Source: Planctomycetota bacterium | GTDB taxonomy: Bacteria; Planctomycetota; UBA8108; SXIK01 | DNA length: 64,000 nt | Assembly: GCA_965223845.1 (NCBI GenBank) | Contig: CBDCXR010000004.1 | Span: 2,432,001 to 2,496,000 of the forward strand | Reading direction: 5' to 3' | Shown here: positions 29,501-39,341 of the stretch, piece by piece | Layout of the letters: each line of letters begins with the position of its first letter | Numbering within the stretch: the first letter of the stretch is position 1 | Notes under the pieces: model-generated | What the model saw: only the letters and a program-made list of their open reading frames with translations | What the model was told of the DNA's origin: nothing | Database searches by the model: none | Position numbers and translations under genes: made by a program

Positions 29501-30772
29501 GGACGTGCCCAGCGCTGGGGCCTCGAGGACGGGACCCTCAGTAGCGAACTGCGCGGTGAAGGCAGGTTTGAAGACGCTACTTGGTTCTTCTCACCGGATG
29601 GCCAGCACGCATTTCTCGTCTCTAAATCCAGTGACCGGCTCGATGTCGACGTCGATGTGTACTCGTTCTCTAAGCCTGAGTTAGTTAAGAGTCTCAAATC
29701 GGTGGGGTTCGGTGCGCACGTGTCGAGTTCACCGACTGGTGACCGATTCTTGATTCTGCGGTTTGGTTACCATTCGCTCAGCGTACACGAGACAGCGACC
29801 GGTGAAAGGATCCGAGAACTGACCGGTCATACAGATACCGTGTGGAGCGCAGTCTTCTCTGGCGACGGGCGTTGGATCGTCACCGCGTCTAAAGACGGAA
29901 CTGCTCGCTTGTATTCGACGACGGATGCGTCCGAAGATCGCGTGTTTCGGGGGCACGAGGCGCCGATCACGACTGCACACGTCGACTACAGCGGAACTCG
30001 CATCGTCACCCGTTCGCCGGGAGATCATTCTAGTCGCTTGTGGGACGCTCGGACGACCGAAGAGATCGATCATCTCGAGTACGAGGCATGGTTTCGCGCC
30101 GAGTTCGGTCGGACCGGACAATACTTGTTCGTCCACTACCAATCGGGCATCGTTCAAGTCGTCAACGCCCGCACCGGCGATCCCGTCCTCTCGCTCGGGG
30201 ACAAAGATGACCCGATACGAATCATGGACTTCACCGATGACGAGCAATGGTTGCTCACCGCAACGCAGAGCGGCGTCGTCCAGCTCTCCCCCACCGACCC
30301 CGCCGCCTACGCCCGGCAATTCAACCCCCGCGAGCTCTCCTACGTCGAACGCGTTCGCCACCAAGTCGGCACGCCCGAAGAGCGCGAGGAGTACCGCCGA
30401 ACGTCTTCCTTTCGGCTGCACATTCAGGAGCTCAGACTCATCGCGAAATCGATCGCGGAGCCGAACGACTCCCCGGGGCGCGTTCTCCCGGTGTTGCGCC
30501 GGCGGCTGAAAGATATCACCGATCTCCTCGCCGAGGACTTCCCCGTCGATAAGGAGATCCCGCGCGTCGCGGCCTTTGAAGCAAAGGTCGTCCTCGAGCG
30601 CGATGGAACACCGGATCCCGAAGCGCTCCAGCTTCTCGCCACGATCCAGGAAGCGGCCGGTGATCTCGACGGTGCAGTGGATTCGCTCGAAACCGCGGCG
30701 AAGGATTCCGACGCGCCCGCGGAGATCAAGACGAAGCTCGAGGAGCTTCGCGCCGCACGAGTTCGTGACTAG
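26594..30772 (+). CDS. Ser/Thr protein kinase with WD40 repeats
   Basis: 'LGRGGMGVV', 'AMK', 'HRDLKPANI', 'DWGLAK', 'GTPMYMPPEQ', followed by many GH..WD repeats. Confidence 0.93.
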   Translation: MSPDPLERLRGQINEELARLCDEHPERSGEFTTFGHGVVAILDRLADSLAGDVDRTVSLAPADAAALDTISTPAGAGSYEERSELGRGGMGVVLEVWDQRIQRPLAMKVLLNEGGAVSGSNTTSGVVARFLREARITGQLSHPGIVPVHEIGKDPAGRVYFTMQVVAGKSLKEELTDARSESETSAPTRFLGVLVRVCETLSFAHSRGVIHRDLKPANIMVGRFGEVYLMDWGLAKVIRETDELFGVTELDPGSGAASESSAVEMTIDGAVIGTPMYMPPEQAMGHIDVLDERSDVYSLGAILYELIAERAPYRDQEGLSSPMEIVDAVRTGPPTALHRVRANTPPELLAICEKAMARGPDDRYQSAEEMREDLRAFLDNRVVEAYRTGALVELRKWIARNRSEAAAIGAAAAIAIAAFVSVAWVQSRRATDLEEYSRGVEEARGRTEQALREEEAAHRRSQGLYLAAQSTRVESENPGLALRLALESHRELPSVFANSSILRSLRVSHEISDSAFGLDPKGSPPQLSPRGDRFAYARTDGAVVVADFESGATVSLLVDQGRRLDQLTFHPDGQRIATSSSDGTACVWDAESGRLLTRFTGHLDDGDEPFVASIAFSPDGSQAVSAGRGVARIWRPDTGEEIRKLRGHDAAELIHGAVYSPDGSLIVTHSHDRTARIYNTAVVDLGAVIARHEGWISTALFDPTGRFVLTLDDERNRKPTPSMRRILRVWNVLEGREEEPRRHEEKIVGACFTPDGRKIISATSDGIFIWDTDSGECTTVNPLGGGIPSCIAIRGDGAQLLEGRSDGTVRIWDLESIAVARVLRAHDSRITSALFTRDGRGVLTSSFDGTVRAWRTNRHHELSATRVGGEPRFAEVSADGRLMVAAVLNARSATVSSVGDPRPSIVLDHAANIAGVELRAEQNTVVTWDKEKTARVWDIESGRLRSTIGPVSTRSVSRDARFLMGIGSDGRAQRWGLEDGTLSSELRGEGRFEDATWFFSPDGQHAFLVSKSSDRLDVDVDVYSFSKPELVKSLKSVGFGAHVSSSPTGDRFLILRFGYHSLSVHETATGERIRELTGHTDTVWSAVFSGDGRWIVTASKDGTARLYSTTDASEDRVFRGHEAPITTAHVDYSGTRIVTRSPGDHSSRLWDARTTEEIDHLEYEAWFRAEFGRTGQYLFVHYQSGIVQVVNARTGDPVLSLGDKDDPIRIMDFTDDEQWLLTATQSGVVQLSPTDPAAYARQFNPRELSYVERVRHQVGTPEEREEYRRTSSFRLHIQELRLIAKSIAEPNDSPGRVLPVLRRRLKDITDLLAEDFPVDKEIPRVAAFEAKVVLERDGTPDPEALQLLATIQEAAGDLDGAVDSLETAAKDSDAPAEIKTKLEELRAARVRD

Positions 30773-30805
30773 CGAACGGCGCGTCCCAGTCGCGCGCAAC
30801 GTTCG

Positions 30806-32026
30806 TCAGAGCACCGAGCGAAACACCGCGCGCCAAGTCTCCGCGATTCCCCGCCAGCGATAGTCTTCGCTCGTGACGCGATCGAACGCCTTCCGTTCGA
30901 AATCGTCGCGGTGAGCGGAGTCACGGTAGAGCCGCTCGAGCGCGGCCGCGACATCGTCCGGTGAGACGATGTGGAGATCGAGCCCCGAGGGATCGGTCAG
31001 CGTCAACAGAGTCGGAATCGTCTCGCCGGCGCCGTCCCAGATCTCGCCGAGGTTCCCATGCGCGGGAACGATCTGTGCCGCGCGCGTCGCCGCATGCTCG
31101 CATGAGACGAGTCCCCATCCCTCGGCGGCGGCGGTGTTGAGCCCGACGTCGCAAGCGTTGTAAATCAGATTCAGCTCGCCGTCGGTGCAGCTCGGCGGTC
31201 CGTCCGACTCGCCCGTCATGATGAGGCGCTCGTCGAGTCGGTGGCGACGGACGAGCTCGAGCACCTCCCAGCCGTGATCTTTCCGCCCCATGTGGAGGTA
31301 GAGCTTCACGGACGGATCCTTGTCGCGCGCGAATCGCGCGAAGCTCTCGACGGTGAGATCGATCCGTTTCCGCGGCTGGTTCCGGTTCGCGTTGAGAACG
31401 ACGAACGACATCTCGCCGGCTGCTTCTGCGCCGAGGAGCTTCACTCGCGCCCTGCGCCTAACCGCCGCGCGATCGGGCTCGTTCGGCTCGAGCGGATGGA
31501 ACGTGTCCCCATCGATCCCGTGCGGGACGACGTCGAGCTCGGGAAAATCGTCCCACTCGTTCGCCCCTCTGATCTCCGCGCGAGCCCGCTCGACCGCGCG
31601 GCGCCCGAACTCCGTATACAATACGAGCCGCGTCGCGCCGCGAATCTGATGCGCGAGGCGGGTATCGACCGGCGCCGATTCGACCGGGCAATACGCGACG
31701 AACGGAACATCGCGACGAGCGTTCGCCACCTCGCGGACGTACTTCACCACGTTCGAGAGATCTCCGACCGCGAAGACGAGATCCGGCTCGACTCGCCCGC
31801 AAACCTCTTTCACGCGGTTCACCCCGAACGGATCGCCGCGGCCGTTCGCCGGGTAGAGATTCCACGGCCAGTCGTGAGGATCGCCGAAATAGTTCACCGC
31901 GAGCTGGTGTACGGCGAACGCGTCGAGAAGCGGCTCGAGTACGTTTCGCACCACTCGGGCGTATCCCGTCAGTACACCGCCATCGCCGATCGCTAGAATC
32001 GTCGGCTTTCGCTGCGGATCGTTCAC
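30806..32026 (-). CDS. GT4 glycosyltransferase
   Basis: 'TGYARV', 'NANRNQPRKRID', 'EGWGLVSCE'; the GTG start overlaps the upstream stop (GTGA). Confidence 0.88.
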   Translation of the reverse strand: MNDPQRKPTILAIGDGGVLTGYARVVRNVLEPLLDAFAVHQLAVNYFGDPHDWPWNLYPANGRGDPFGVNRVKEVCGRVEPDLVFAVGDLSNVVKYVREVANARRDVPFVAYCPVESAPVDTRLAHQIRGATRLVLYTEFGRRAVERARAEIRGANEWDDFPELDVVPHGIDGDTFHPLEPNEPDRAAVRRRARVKLLGAEAAGEMSFVVLNANRNQPRKRIDLTVESFARFARDKDPSVKLYLHMGRKDHGWEVLELVRRHRLDERLIMTGESDGPPSCTDGELNLIYNACDVGLNTAAAEGWGLVSCEHAATRAAQIVPAHGNLGEIWDGAGETIPTLLTLTDPSGLDLHIVSPDDVAAALERLYRDSAHRDDFERKAFDRVTSEDYRWRGIAETWRAVFRSVL

Positions 32027-34512
32027 GAGCGTTCGATCCCGCTGCTGCGCACGGTGTACGCCGGATCGGCGACGCCCGAGCGCCGAACGATCCACGGCGT
32101 CCAGACGAGCGCGACGTGATGGATCGCGATGTCCGACTTTCGCGGCCGGACGTTCTTGGTCGCGATGTCGATCTCGTCCGGGTCGTACTCTTCCCGAAGC
32201 TCCTCCAGCTCCTCACGCAGCTTTTCCTCGAGTGCCTCGAGTTTTTCTTCGCGAGCCTCCACATCGGCTACCGCCCGCGAGACGTCTCCGCGTTCCTTCG
32301 CCGCTCGCCCGGCGCCGCGCGCGGCTGTCGTCGCGCGGCCGATATTCGTTCGACTCGCGACCTTGCGCCCGAACAACGCGCCGAGCACGGTCGCACCGAA
32401 GGAGAGCGCGGTCTGATACTTCTGCTGCGAGTACTGGGCCTTCTCGCGATCGAGCCTCTCGCGCGCCTTTCGGATCCGCTCCTTCGCCGTCGCGACCTTC
32501 GCAGCGTAGCGGTCGCGCAGTTTTTCGATCGCCGCGTCGCGTTCTTCCCGCAGCATCTCGCGGAGACGCGCACGGAACTGTCCCTCCGACTCGCCGGGAC
32601 GCGACGAGGCCTTGGGAAAGCGCGAGCTAAAGAGCGGGACCCACTGCGATCGGTAGGCGAACTCCTTGAGCTCTTTCGTCCACGTTCGGTACTGGCGGAC
32701 GTTCGTCGCCGCCGCGGGCGGAGTCTCGAAGTCCGCGGCGGAGGAGATGTCGTCGCGGAGATCGAGCGAACCTGCGATGAGATCCGCGTCATCCCAGATA
32801 CCGTCCGAGTCGTCGCCCTCGATCGGGGCGATGAGAGAGAGTCGGCGCCATTCGTCGAGTCCGCGCCGAGCGTCTACGAAGTGGAGGCGGACCGCTCCGG
32901 TCAGGGCGGGACGATAAAGAAGTCGCTCCTCCGCGCTCGGAGTTTCGACCGCGGGAAGAAAGAACTCTGGAACTTCCGGGGGAAGTACGGGGCGCGAGCT
33001 CGGAGTCGAGCCCGTCCGCTTCCGCGCGGGCTTCTTTCGCCGTCGACTCGCTCCGGGCGTCGAGGCTCGTGCAGCTTCGGTCAGCGCCGCGGCGCGCCTC
33101 GGGCCCATCAATCTCGTGATCTCGCCGCTTTGGAGCGGACCGCGAAGATAAGAAAGCACCCACCGCGTGTGAAACAGAACGGGTTCGTCATCGTGGACGT
33201 TGTTCATGAGGAACACGCGGCTCTCGAGGCCGGAGAGGAGCGCATCGATTTCGGAGCGATCGAACGATGCGCCCGTCGCGGCGGCGGCTCCTTCGAGTCC
33301 GTCCATGACGCGCTTCTTGTCTCGTTCCGTCTGCAGTCGTCCGAGAAACCACGTTCCCGTGTTCGCGAGCCCCTTGTAATCGAGATCGACGGGATTCTGC
33401 GTCGCGAGCAGCACACCGAGGCCGAACGCGCGCGCCTGCTTTAGGAGAGTGAGCATCGGCGTCTTCGACGGCGGGTTCGCCGTCGGCGGAAAGAAACCGA
33501 ACACTTCATCCATGTAGAGGAGCGCACGCAGCGTCGCTGTGCCGCTCTGCCGGCGCACCCACGCGAGGACCTCATCGAGGATCGCCGTGACGACAAACAT
33601 CCGCTCGGCGTCCGAGAGATGGGCGATCGAGATGATCGAGATCCGCGGGGTACCGTCCGTCGTCCAAAGGAGACGGTCGATGTCGAGGGGCTCGCCCTCC
33701 GTCCACGCGGCGAACGACGGCGACGCGACGAGATTGTTGAGCATCATCGCGAGCCCGAATCGCTCGGTTGCCGGATAGAACGTCTCGAGATCGAAGACTC
33801 CGACGCGTTCGAGAGGCGGCGACTGCACGTCGCGGATGAGGGACGGCAGGTCGACGTCGAGGCCCGCGCGCCAGCGATCGTCGAGAATGCTCGAAAGAAG
33901 AATGTGATCGCGACTCTTCACCGGATCGGCGTCGAGACCGACGAGCGCGAGCAAGCCGGAGACCGCGCTCGCAGTCCGCGCGCGAAAGGCATCGCCATTC
34001 GCGACGAGCTCCGGCGGCGGCGCGGCGAATCCCTTCAGGATTCCGAGTGGGAGGCCCGCCCCACTTCCGGGTGTGTAGATCGCAACGTCGCAGGCATCGC
34101 GGAACCGTCGAATCCGATCCTTGCTCTGTCCCCACGACTCGATCCCGCTCTTCCAACGCGCCGCAATCTTCTTGGCGCGCTCAGCGGTGGCTTCGCCCTT
34201 TCGCCGCGCCTCCGCTTCGTCGATCCAGGACTCGAAATCGGCGGGACGAAGATCCGGAAACGCGAGAGCGAGGTTCCCGAGGTCACCCTTCGGGTCGATC
34301 GCGATCGTCGGAATCCCGTCGATCGCCGCTTCCTCGAGGAGCGCGAGACAGAGTCCGGTTTTTCCGCTTCCCGTCATCCCGACGCAAACGCCGTGCGTCG
34401 TGAGATCTTTCGCGTCGTAGAGGAGGAGGTCCTCGTTCACCGCCGACGCCTCGGCATCGTAGGTCTTCCCGAGGTAGAAGGCCCCCAGACGCTCGAACTC
34501 GTTCACTCGCAC
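32023..34512 (-). CDS. HerA/FtsK-like (DUF87/DUF853) ATPase
   Basis: Walker A 'GMTGSGKT', 'IDPKGD', Walker B 'LYMDE', 'ATQNPVDLDYK', C-terminal coiled coil. Confidence 0.88.
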   Translation of the reverse strand: MRVNEFERLGAFYLGKTYDAEASAVNEDLLLYDAKDLTTHGVCVGMTGSGKTGLCLALLEEAAIDGIPTIAIDPKGDLGNLALAFPDLRPADFESWIDEAEARRKGEATAERAKKIAARWKSGIESWGQSKDRIRRFRDACDVAIYTPGSGAGLPLGILKGFAAPPPELVANGDAFRARTASAVSGLLALVGLDADPVKSRDHILLSSILDDRWRAGLDVDLPSLIRDVQSPPLERVGVFDLETFYPATERFGLAMMLNNLVASPSFAAWTEGEPLDIDRLLWTTDGTPRISIISIAHLSDAERMFVVTAILDEVLAWVRRQSGTATLRALLYMDEVFGFFPPTANPPSKTPMLTLLKQARAFGLGVLLATQNPVDLDYKGLANTGTWFLGRLQTERDKKRVMDGLEGAAAATGASFDRSEIDALLSGLESRVFLMNNVHDDEPVLFHTRWVLSYLRGPLQSGEITRLMGPRRAAALTEAARASTPGASRRRKKPARKRTGSTPSSRPVLPPEVPEFFLPAVETPSAEERLLYRPALTGAVRLHFVDARRGLDEWRRLSLIAPIEGDDSDGIWDDADLIAGSLDLRDDISSAADFETPPAAATNVRQYRTWTKELKEFAYRSQWVPLFSSRFPKASSRPGESEGQFRARLREMLREERDAAIEKLRDRYAAKVATAKERIRKARERLDREKAQYSQQKYQTALSFGATVLGALFGRKVASRTNIGRATTAARGAGRAAKERGDVSRAVADVEAREEKLEALEEKLREELEELREEYDPDEIDIATKNVRPRKSDIAIHHVALVWTPWIVRRSGVADPAYTVRSSGIERS

Positions 34513-34554
34513 CCTCGCAGGATCATGCGCGACGGACTAACGGGCCGGGCCGAC

Positions 34555-35313
34555 TCACCCGCGCGGCTTCGTCGCGTGGAATCGAAGACGGACGTAGTCG
34601 GCGAACCAGTCACCGTTCGCATCGCGCAGTCGAGAGTCGAGCGATGCGACCACCTCCGCGATTAGGCCGTCTCGCTCAGAGGGTGGCAAGGCGGAAATGT
34701 ACGGTGAGGCGAAGGTCTCGAGCCAACCGCCGACGTCTCCCGGGAGAGTCGTCGGACGCCGAAAGAGGTCGATCGTCTCGACGGTGAAGCCGCGCGCAGA
34801 GAGAAGTCGCGCGTACTCGTCCGGGTGGGGAAAGTACCACGGGCACTCGGTCGCCACTCCGCGCGTTGCGAGCGCGGCCTCGACCGCGGCGACGATCGCA
34901 GACACGTTCCCTTCGCCGCCGAACTCACCGACGAATCGCCCTCCGCGCCGAAGCGCGCGCCAGACGCGATCGATGACGCGCTCGGGCTCTTTCATCCAGT
35001 GGAGCGCGGCGTTCGAAAACACGGCGTCGAATTCACTCTCGAATTCGAGCGCGTCGCCGCTTCGTCTCTCGACGTCGAGTCCACGCGCGCGAGCGGCCTC
35101 GACCATCTCGGCGCTCGCGTCGACACCGGCGACATCGCAACCGAGCTCAGCGATCTTCGCGGTCAACACTCCGTCGCCGCACCCGAGATCGAGAACGCGC
35201 TCCCCCGGCTGCGGCGCGAGAAGCTCGACGACCGGCCAACCGAGATCGGAGACGAATCGCGCGTTTCTCTCGTAGCGGCTGGCGTCCCAGCCCTGAACGT
35301 TTTCGTCGGCCAT
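34555..35313 (-). CDS. Class I SAM-dependent methyltransferase (Tam-like)
   Basis: 'VLDLGCGDG', 'FDAVFSNAALHW', 'ADYVRLRF'. Confidence 0.9.
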   Translation of the reverse strand: MADENVQGWDASRYERNARFVSDLGWPVVELLAPQPGERVLDLGCGDGVLTAKIAELGCDVAGVDASAEMVEAARARGLDVERRSGDALEFESEFDAVFSNAALHWMKEPERVIDRVWRALRRGGRFVGEFGGEGNVSAIVAAVEAALATRGVATECPWYFPHPDEYARLLSARGFTVETIDLFRRPTTLPGDVGGWLETFASPYISALPPSERDGLIAEVVASLDSRLRDANGDWFADYVRLRFHATKPRG

Positions 35314-35351
35314 GGGACGAGATCCGATCGGGCGGTCGCGCCCGCGACAAC

Positions 35352-35383
35352 AAAAGAGCCCTCCGCCAGTTCAGCGAAGGGCT
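35352..35383 (-). terminator. Rho-independent terminator after tRNA-Pro
   Basis: Minus strand GAGCCCTTCGC..GCGGAGGGCTC followed by TTTT. Confidence 0.7.
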
Positions 35384-35387
35384 CGGA

Positions 35388-35465
35388 TGGTCGGGGTGAG
35401 AGGATTTGAACCTCCGACCTCTACGTCCCGAACGTAGCGCTCTAGCCAAGCTGAGCTACACCCCG
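35388..35465 (-). tRNA. tRNA-Pro(CGG)
   Basis: Reverse complement CGGGGTGTAGCTCAGCTTGGCTAGAGCG-CTACG-TTCGGGA-CGTAG..GGTTCAAATCC..CACCCCGACCA. Confidence 0.95.
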
Positions 35466-35579
35466 AGAGGGCTTCCGCCGTGGCGGGCGGCGAGAGGCGA
35501 TCGGCCAATGGTACTCCCCGGAGTCGCGGAGTCAAGGCGGCGTCCGGAATCCGGCGACGGCGCGTAAACTCCGCCGTAC

Positions 35580-36659
35580 TCAGCGCTTCGGCGGCGCCGG
35601 AGAAGAGCGGGGTGGCGGTCGATTTCCCGCGCCGCGCCCGCGGTTTCGCTCCCGCATGAACGTCTCGGCGCAGCGATCGCCGCAGAAATAGAGAACGTTT
35701 CCACCGATCGCGAAGCGCACGGCCGAGTCGGGACTGTCGACGGTCTTCTTACAGCGCTGACAGGCGACGGGTCCGTCCCCTTCCTTCAGTTCTTCGGCGT
35801 TCGGCGGCAGCTCGAAAAACGCGGACGGGACTTCGCGCGTGACGAGACTCTTCACCTCGGCTTCGAGATCGTAGCGTGGGAGCGCCGTTACGACCGTGAT
35901 CTTCGCCTTGAGTGGCACGCCTTTCGCGCCTTCGATCTTCTCGAGCACTTCGTCCGAGAAGACGCCGAGCCGCCGGAAGAGATGGTAGTAGTTCTTCGCG
36001 CCGGGGATGTCCTCGGCGATCTGCGCGTCGATCACCGTGAGACAATTCTCTTTGACGACCAGGCGCTTACACACGCGGTTCAGAATCGTTTCTCCCGGGC
36101 TCGTCTCGACGGTGACGATTCGCTTTCGGTCGGGACGGAGATGGCAGTTGTCGGCGAACCACCGGTCGCGTTCGCGCCTCGTCATGCGCCGCGCGCGCTT
36201 GATCTCGTTCATCTCCGCGATCCGGCGCTCCTTCTGGAGCTCGTTCAGATCTTCGGTGTGCTCGGTGTAGAACCGGCCGTCGGCCGAGATGCGATAGACG
36301 CGCGGGGCGTTCCCATCCATCCGCAGGAGAATATGCTGCTTGAGGCGCGTCTTGCCGTTCCCCGCGGCTTCGAAATCCGCCATGTAGAGCTTCTCGCCCT
36401 TGAGATCGACGATCATGACCTGACGCGTCTCGCTCACGCGGCGCTCCGCACCCCGCCCGCTCGGCTCCCGGCGGATCTGCTCGATGACGAGCGCGGGCAC
36501 TTTCGGAAGCTCCTCGACCGCGTCGCGACCGGGCGGACGGAGAAGCCCGCCGGTCTGCGCGTGGGCGGCGGCCGTCACGGCGAGTGCGACCGCGATGAAC
36601 GCGAGTCGGGCGATCGCGCATCTCCCGCCGCGCGTAGTTCGGATCGTTCGCTCGATCAT
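35580..36659 (-). CDS. Secreted hypothetical protein (DUF4412-like) with a C-terminal CxxC..CxxxC (TRASH/YHS-like) motif
   Basis: Signal-like 'LAFIAVALAVTAAAHA', 'GETILNRVC', 'VPSAFFELP', 'CQRC..YFCGDRC'. Start uncertain. Confidence 0.6.
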   Translation of the reverse strand: MIERTIRTTRGGRCAIARLAFIAVALAVTAAAHAQTGGLLRPPGRDAVEELPKVPALVIEQIRREPSGRGAERRVSETRQVMIVDLKGEKLYMADFEAAGNGKTRLKQHILLRMDGNAPRVYRISADGRFYTEHTEDLNELQKERRIAEMNEIKRARRMTRRERDRWFADNCHLRPDRKRIVTVETSPGETILNRVCKRLVVKENCLTVIDAQIAEDIPGAKNYYHLFRRLGVFSDEVLEKIEGAKGVPLKAKITVVTALPRYDLEAEVKSLVTREVPSAFFELPPNAEELKEGDGPVACQRCKKTVDSPDSAVRFAIGGNVLYFCGDRCAETFMRERNRGRGAGNRPPPRSSPAPPKR

Positions 36660-37165
36660 TTCCCGTACAACCTCTTCACTCGGTGCGAATTCCGCGGGTC
36701 CCGGGTCGAACCCACGTCGGAACCGTTCGACGCCGAGGAGCCGCTCGCCATTCACCGGGGGCGGAGAAGGCGGCTCCTGGGATCCCGTCCTCGGGGATCC
36801 TAACTCCGCGTGGCGTATGGCTCAACCAGCGAGCTCGGGCGAGCCGCGACCGGACGCGTTCCCCCTCGACGCTACGCAACTCGGCCGCCAGGGCCCGGCG
36901 ATACGGGGCTGGCGCGATCCTTGCGCTGCCCGAATAGCCCGAATAGAATCGATCCCGGCTCCACGGTTGGGGCCAGATTTGGGTCTTTCACCGCGTCTTG
37001 CATCACCACGATTCGACTCCATTCTGCAGCCTGGGGCGGAGAGGCCGCGATGAGCGGCTGAGGCAGGCGGCAGAAGGATGGGAGATCTTGCGGCCTCGTC
37101 TAGCGCGATGTCGCCGGTGCACCGCGGACAACGAGCGCTCTCCACGAGCGCGAGGGGAGAAACCG

Positions 37166-38350
37166 ATGGCTTCACTTGCCCGCAGCTCTGTCGCCCGTGC
37201 GTGCGCTCTTCTGTTCGGTTTGGCCGGGGTGGTTCTTCCGCAAGGCGTGGAAGCTCAGGATTCCGCCGATTGCGAGTTCGTGCGGGGGAATCTCGTCAAC
37301 CTCGAGGGGGACGAAGCCGACGTCGTGGTCGATCTCAACGACGCCGTCGATCTCGTCGCCTACCTCCTGATCTCGCGGAGCGTGCCGGTCTCGGGCTGCA
37401 AGGCAGCGGCCGACGTGAACGACGACGGTCTTCTCACGATGGCGGACTACACGTATCTCGTCGAGCACCTCTTCAATGACGGCCCGCCGCCGCCCGCGCC
37501 CTACCCGGAGCCGGGCGTCGACCCGACGGACGAGATCACGATCTCCGACGAGCGCGACGAGCGCTTCAGTCTCGCGATCGGAACGACCGCGGGGGCCGCA
37601 GGGAACACCGGCCTCTCCCTTCCGATTACGATCTCGAACTCCGTGCCGATTACGGGCCTCCAGATCGCGCTCACGTACGATCCGGCGCAGATTCGAATCG
37701 ACGAGATTCAGACGGAGGAAGAGACGCTTCTCTCTTCGGTGAGCGCCGAGTACATCACCGCGGAGTTTCACAACAACGAGGGCGTCGCGTACATCGCAGT
37801 CCTCAAGGACTTCGCGACGCCGTTCTACTTTCACACCGGTGAAGACCGCTTTCTCCCGGCCGGCGACGATCAGCTCGTCGCGACGCTCAAGTGCGCGCTC
37901 GTCTTCACGGCGGTGAAGGGATTCGCACCGATTCAATTCGCCGACGGCATCGGAGTCCCGAGCGGCGAGGTGCCGGCACCGCCGCCCGAGCTCGTCCCCG
38001 AGCTGCACACGTTCGTGTTCGACGGGACAACGCCGATTCGGCCGGTTCTCGGGACGGACGGCGGCATCGAGGTGCGCGAGAGCTTCATCCGCGGCGACGC
38101 GAACTTCGATCGCGTCGTCGATATCGCCGATCCGGTCTACAAGCTCAATTACATCTTCGGTGCCGGCCCCGCCCCGATCTGTCTCGACGCGGCAGACGCA
38201 AACAACGACACGGGAATCGACATCTCGGATCCGATCTGGCTGCTCAATTACCTCTTTAAGGGAGGGCCGCAGCCGCCCGAGCCGTTCCCGCAGCCCGGAG
38301 TCGATCCGTCGGACGACGGGAGCGGCAGCCTCGGCTGCGATATCGAGTAG
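37166..38350 (+). CDS. Secreted dockerin-like / cohesin-like / dockerin-like protein
   Basis: ATG 37166 with RBS; signal peptide; 'FVRGNL..AADVNDDG', cohesin-like 'LPITISNSVPITGLQIALTYDP', 'FIRGDANFD..DAADANND'. Confidence 0.82.
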   Translation: MASLARSSVARACALLFGLAGVVLPQGVEAQDSADCEFVRGNLVNLEGDEADVVVDLNDAVDLVAYLLISRSVPVSGCKAAADVNDDGLLTMADYTYLVEHLFNDGPPPPAPYPEPGVDPTDEITISDERDERFSLAIGTTAGAAGNTGLSLPITISNSVPITGLQIALTYDPAQIRIDEIQTEEETLLSSVSAEYITAEFHNNEGVAYIAVLKDFATPFYFHTGEDRFLPAGDDQLVATLKCALVFTAVKGFAPIQFADGIGVPSGEVPAPPPELVPELHTFVFDGTTPIRPVLGTDGGIEVRESFIRGDANFDRVVDIADPVYKLNYIFGAGPAPICLDAADANNDTGIDISDPIWLLNYLFKGGPQPPEPFPQPGVDPSDDGSGSLGCDIE

Positions 38351-38488
38351 CGAAGCTCTTCGCCGGGACTCGGTCCCGGCGGTTCGCCGAACCGCACGCC
38401 GCCCCCGCGTGGGCCGTGGCCGACGTGCCATGGATCCGCACGCGGAATCGGTCGCGGCCTCTCGTCCACCGTTTGGCCGCGCCGCGCT

Positions 38489-38902
38489 TCAGTCGGCGGT
38501 GATCGGATCGAGCTCGAAGGTGTAACCGGCGGTTCCCAGAATCCGCTGGACGCCGAGATTGAACCCGATGTTGCCGAGCGAGCGGCTCTCGGTGAGCTCG
38601 CCGTTCTCGACGACGAAGGCGTACGCACCGCCCCACGACGTGACGAAGCCCCGGCGTTCACGCTTCGCGTCGAGGATGAAGCGCGTACCGTCCGGATCGT
38701 CCTCGGTCGATCGTTTCTCGACAAATCCGACGTGCACGCGGTCCTTCTGCGTGCCGTCGACGACGACGTGGTAGAGGCGTTGGTACTCGGTGAAGAACAG
38801 CGGCTCTGCGCGGCCGGTCCGCGGCGACGGATCCTCACTCCACGCGCAACCGCCCGCGACCGACAACAAACCCACGAGTAGAAGACACCTCAATTCGCCC
38901 AT
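38489..38902 (-). CDS. Putative lipoprotein
   Basis: 'MGELRCLLLVGLLSVAGG|C' lipobox. Confidence 0.65.
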   Translation of the reverse strand: MGELRCLLLVGLLSVAGGCAWSEDPSPRTGRAEPLFFTEYQRLYHVVVDGTQKDRVHVGFVEKRSTEDDPDGTRFILDAKRERRGFVTSWGGAYAFVVENGELTESRSLGNIGFNLGVQRILGTAGYTFELDPITAD

Positions 38903-39341
38903 TGCGTGATCCTGATCGTTTTCGATTGGTCGTTGGAAGCTAAGATCCCGTCCAAGAAAGCAGGATTCGGCCGCGGAGCGGTTCTCGGACAGATTCCCGC
39001 GCTCGCGCGAAGGCGGGACGGCGCGGACGATCGAAGGGAGGACCCGAGTCGAGGCGCGAGAGCCGCACTCGCCTCTCGTACAGACTATCAGATGGCGGAT
39101 CGGAGAGCACTCCTCCCCTCGGGAACGGCGCATCTCCCAAACATGCCGCGAAGGCGAAGCGCCCCAGGTGGAGACGGCGAACCGCCGACGAGCCGGTAAG
39201 ACACCCCGGCTCAGCTTCGCGGATTCGACCTTCCCGGCACCGCGGTGAAGAACGCGCGATGTCCCTACCGATAAGGGGACTGACGCGGTGGTCTCTCTCG
39301 CCGGCGCGTCGCGTTTCCTCCCTCCCCCAGACGACGGCGAC

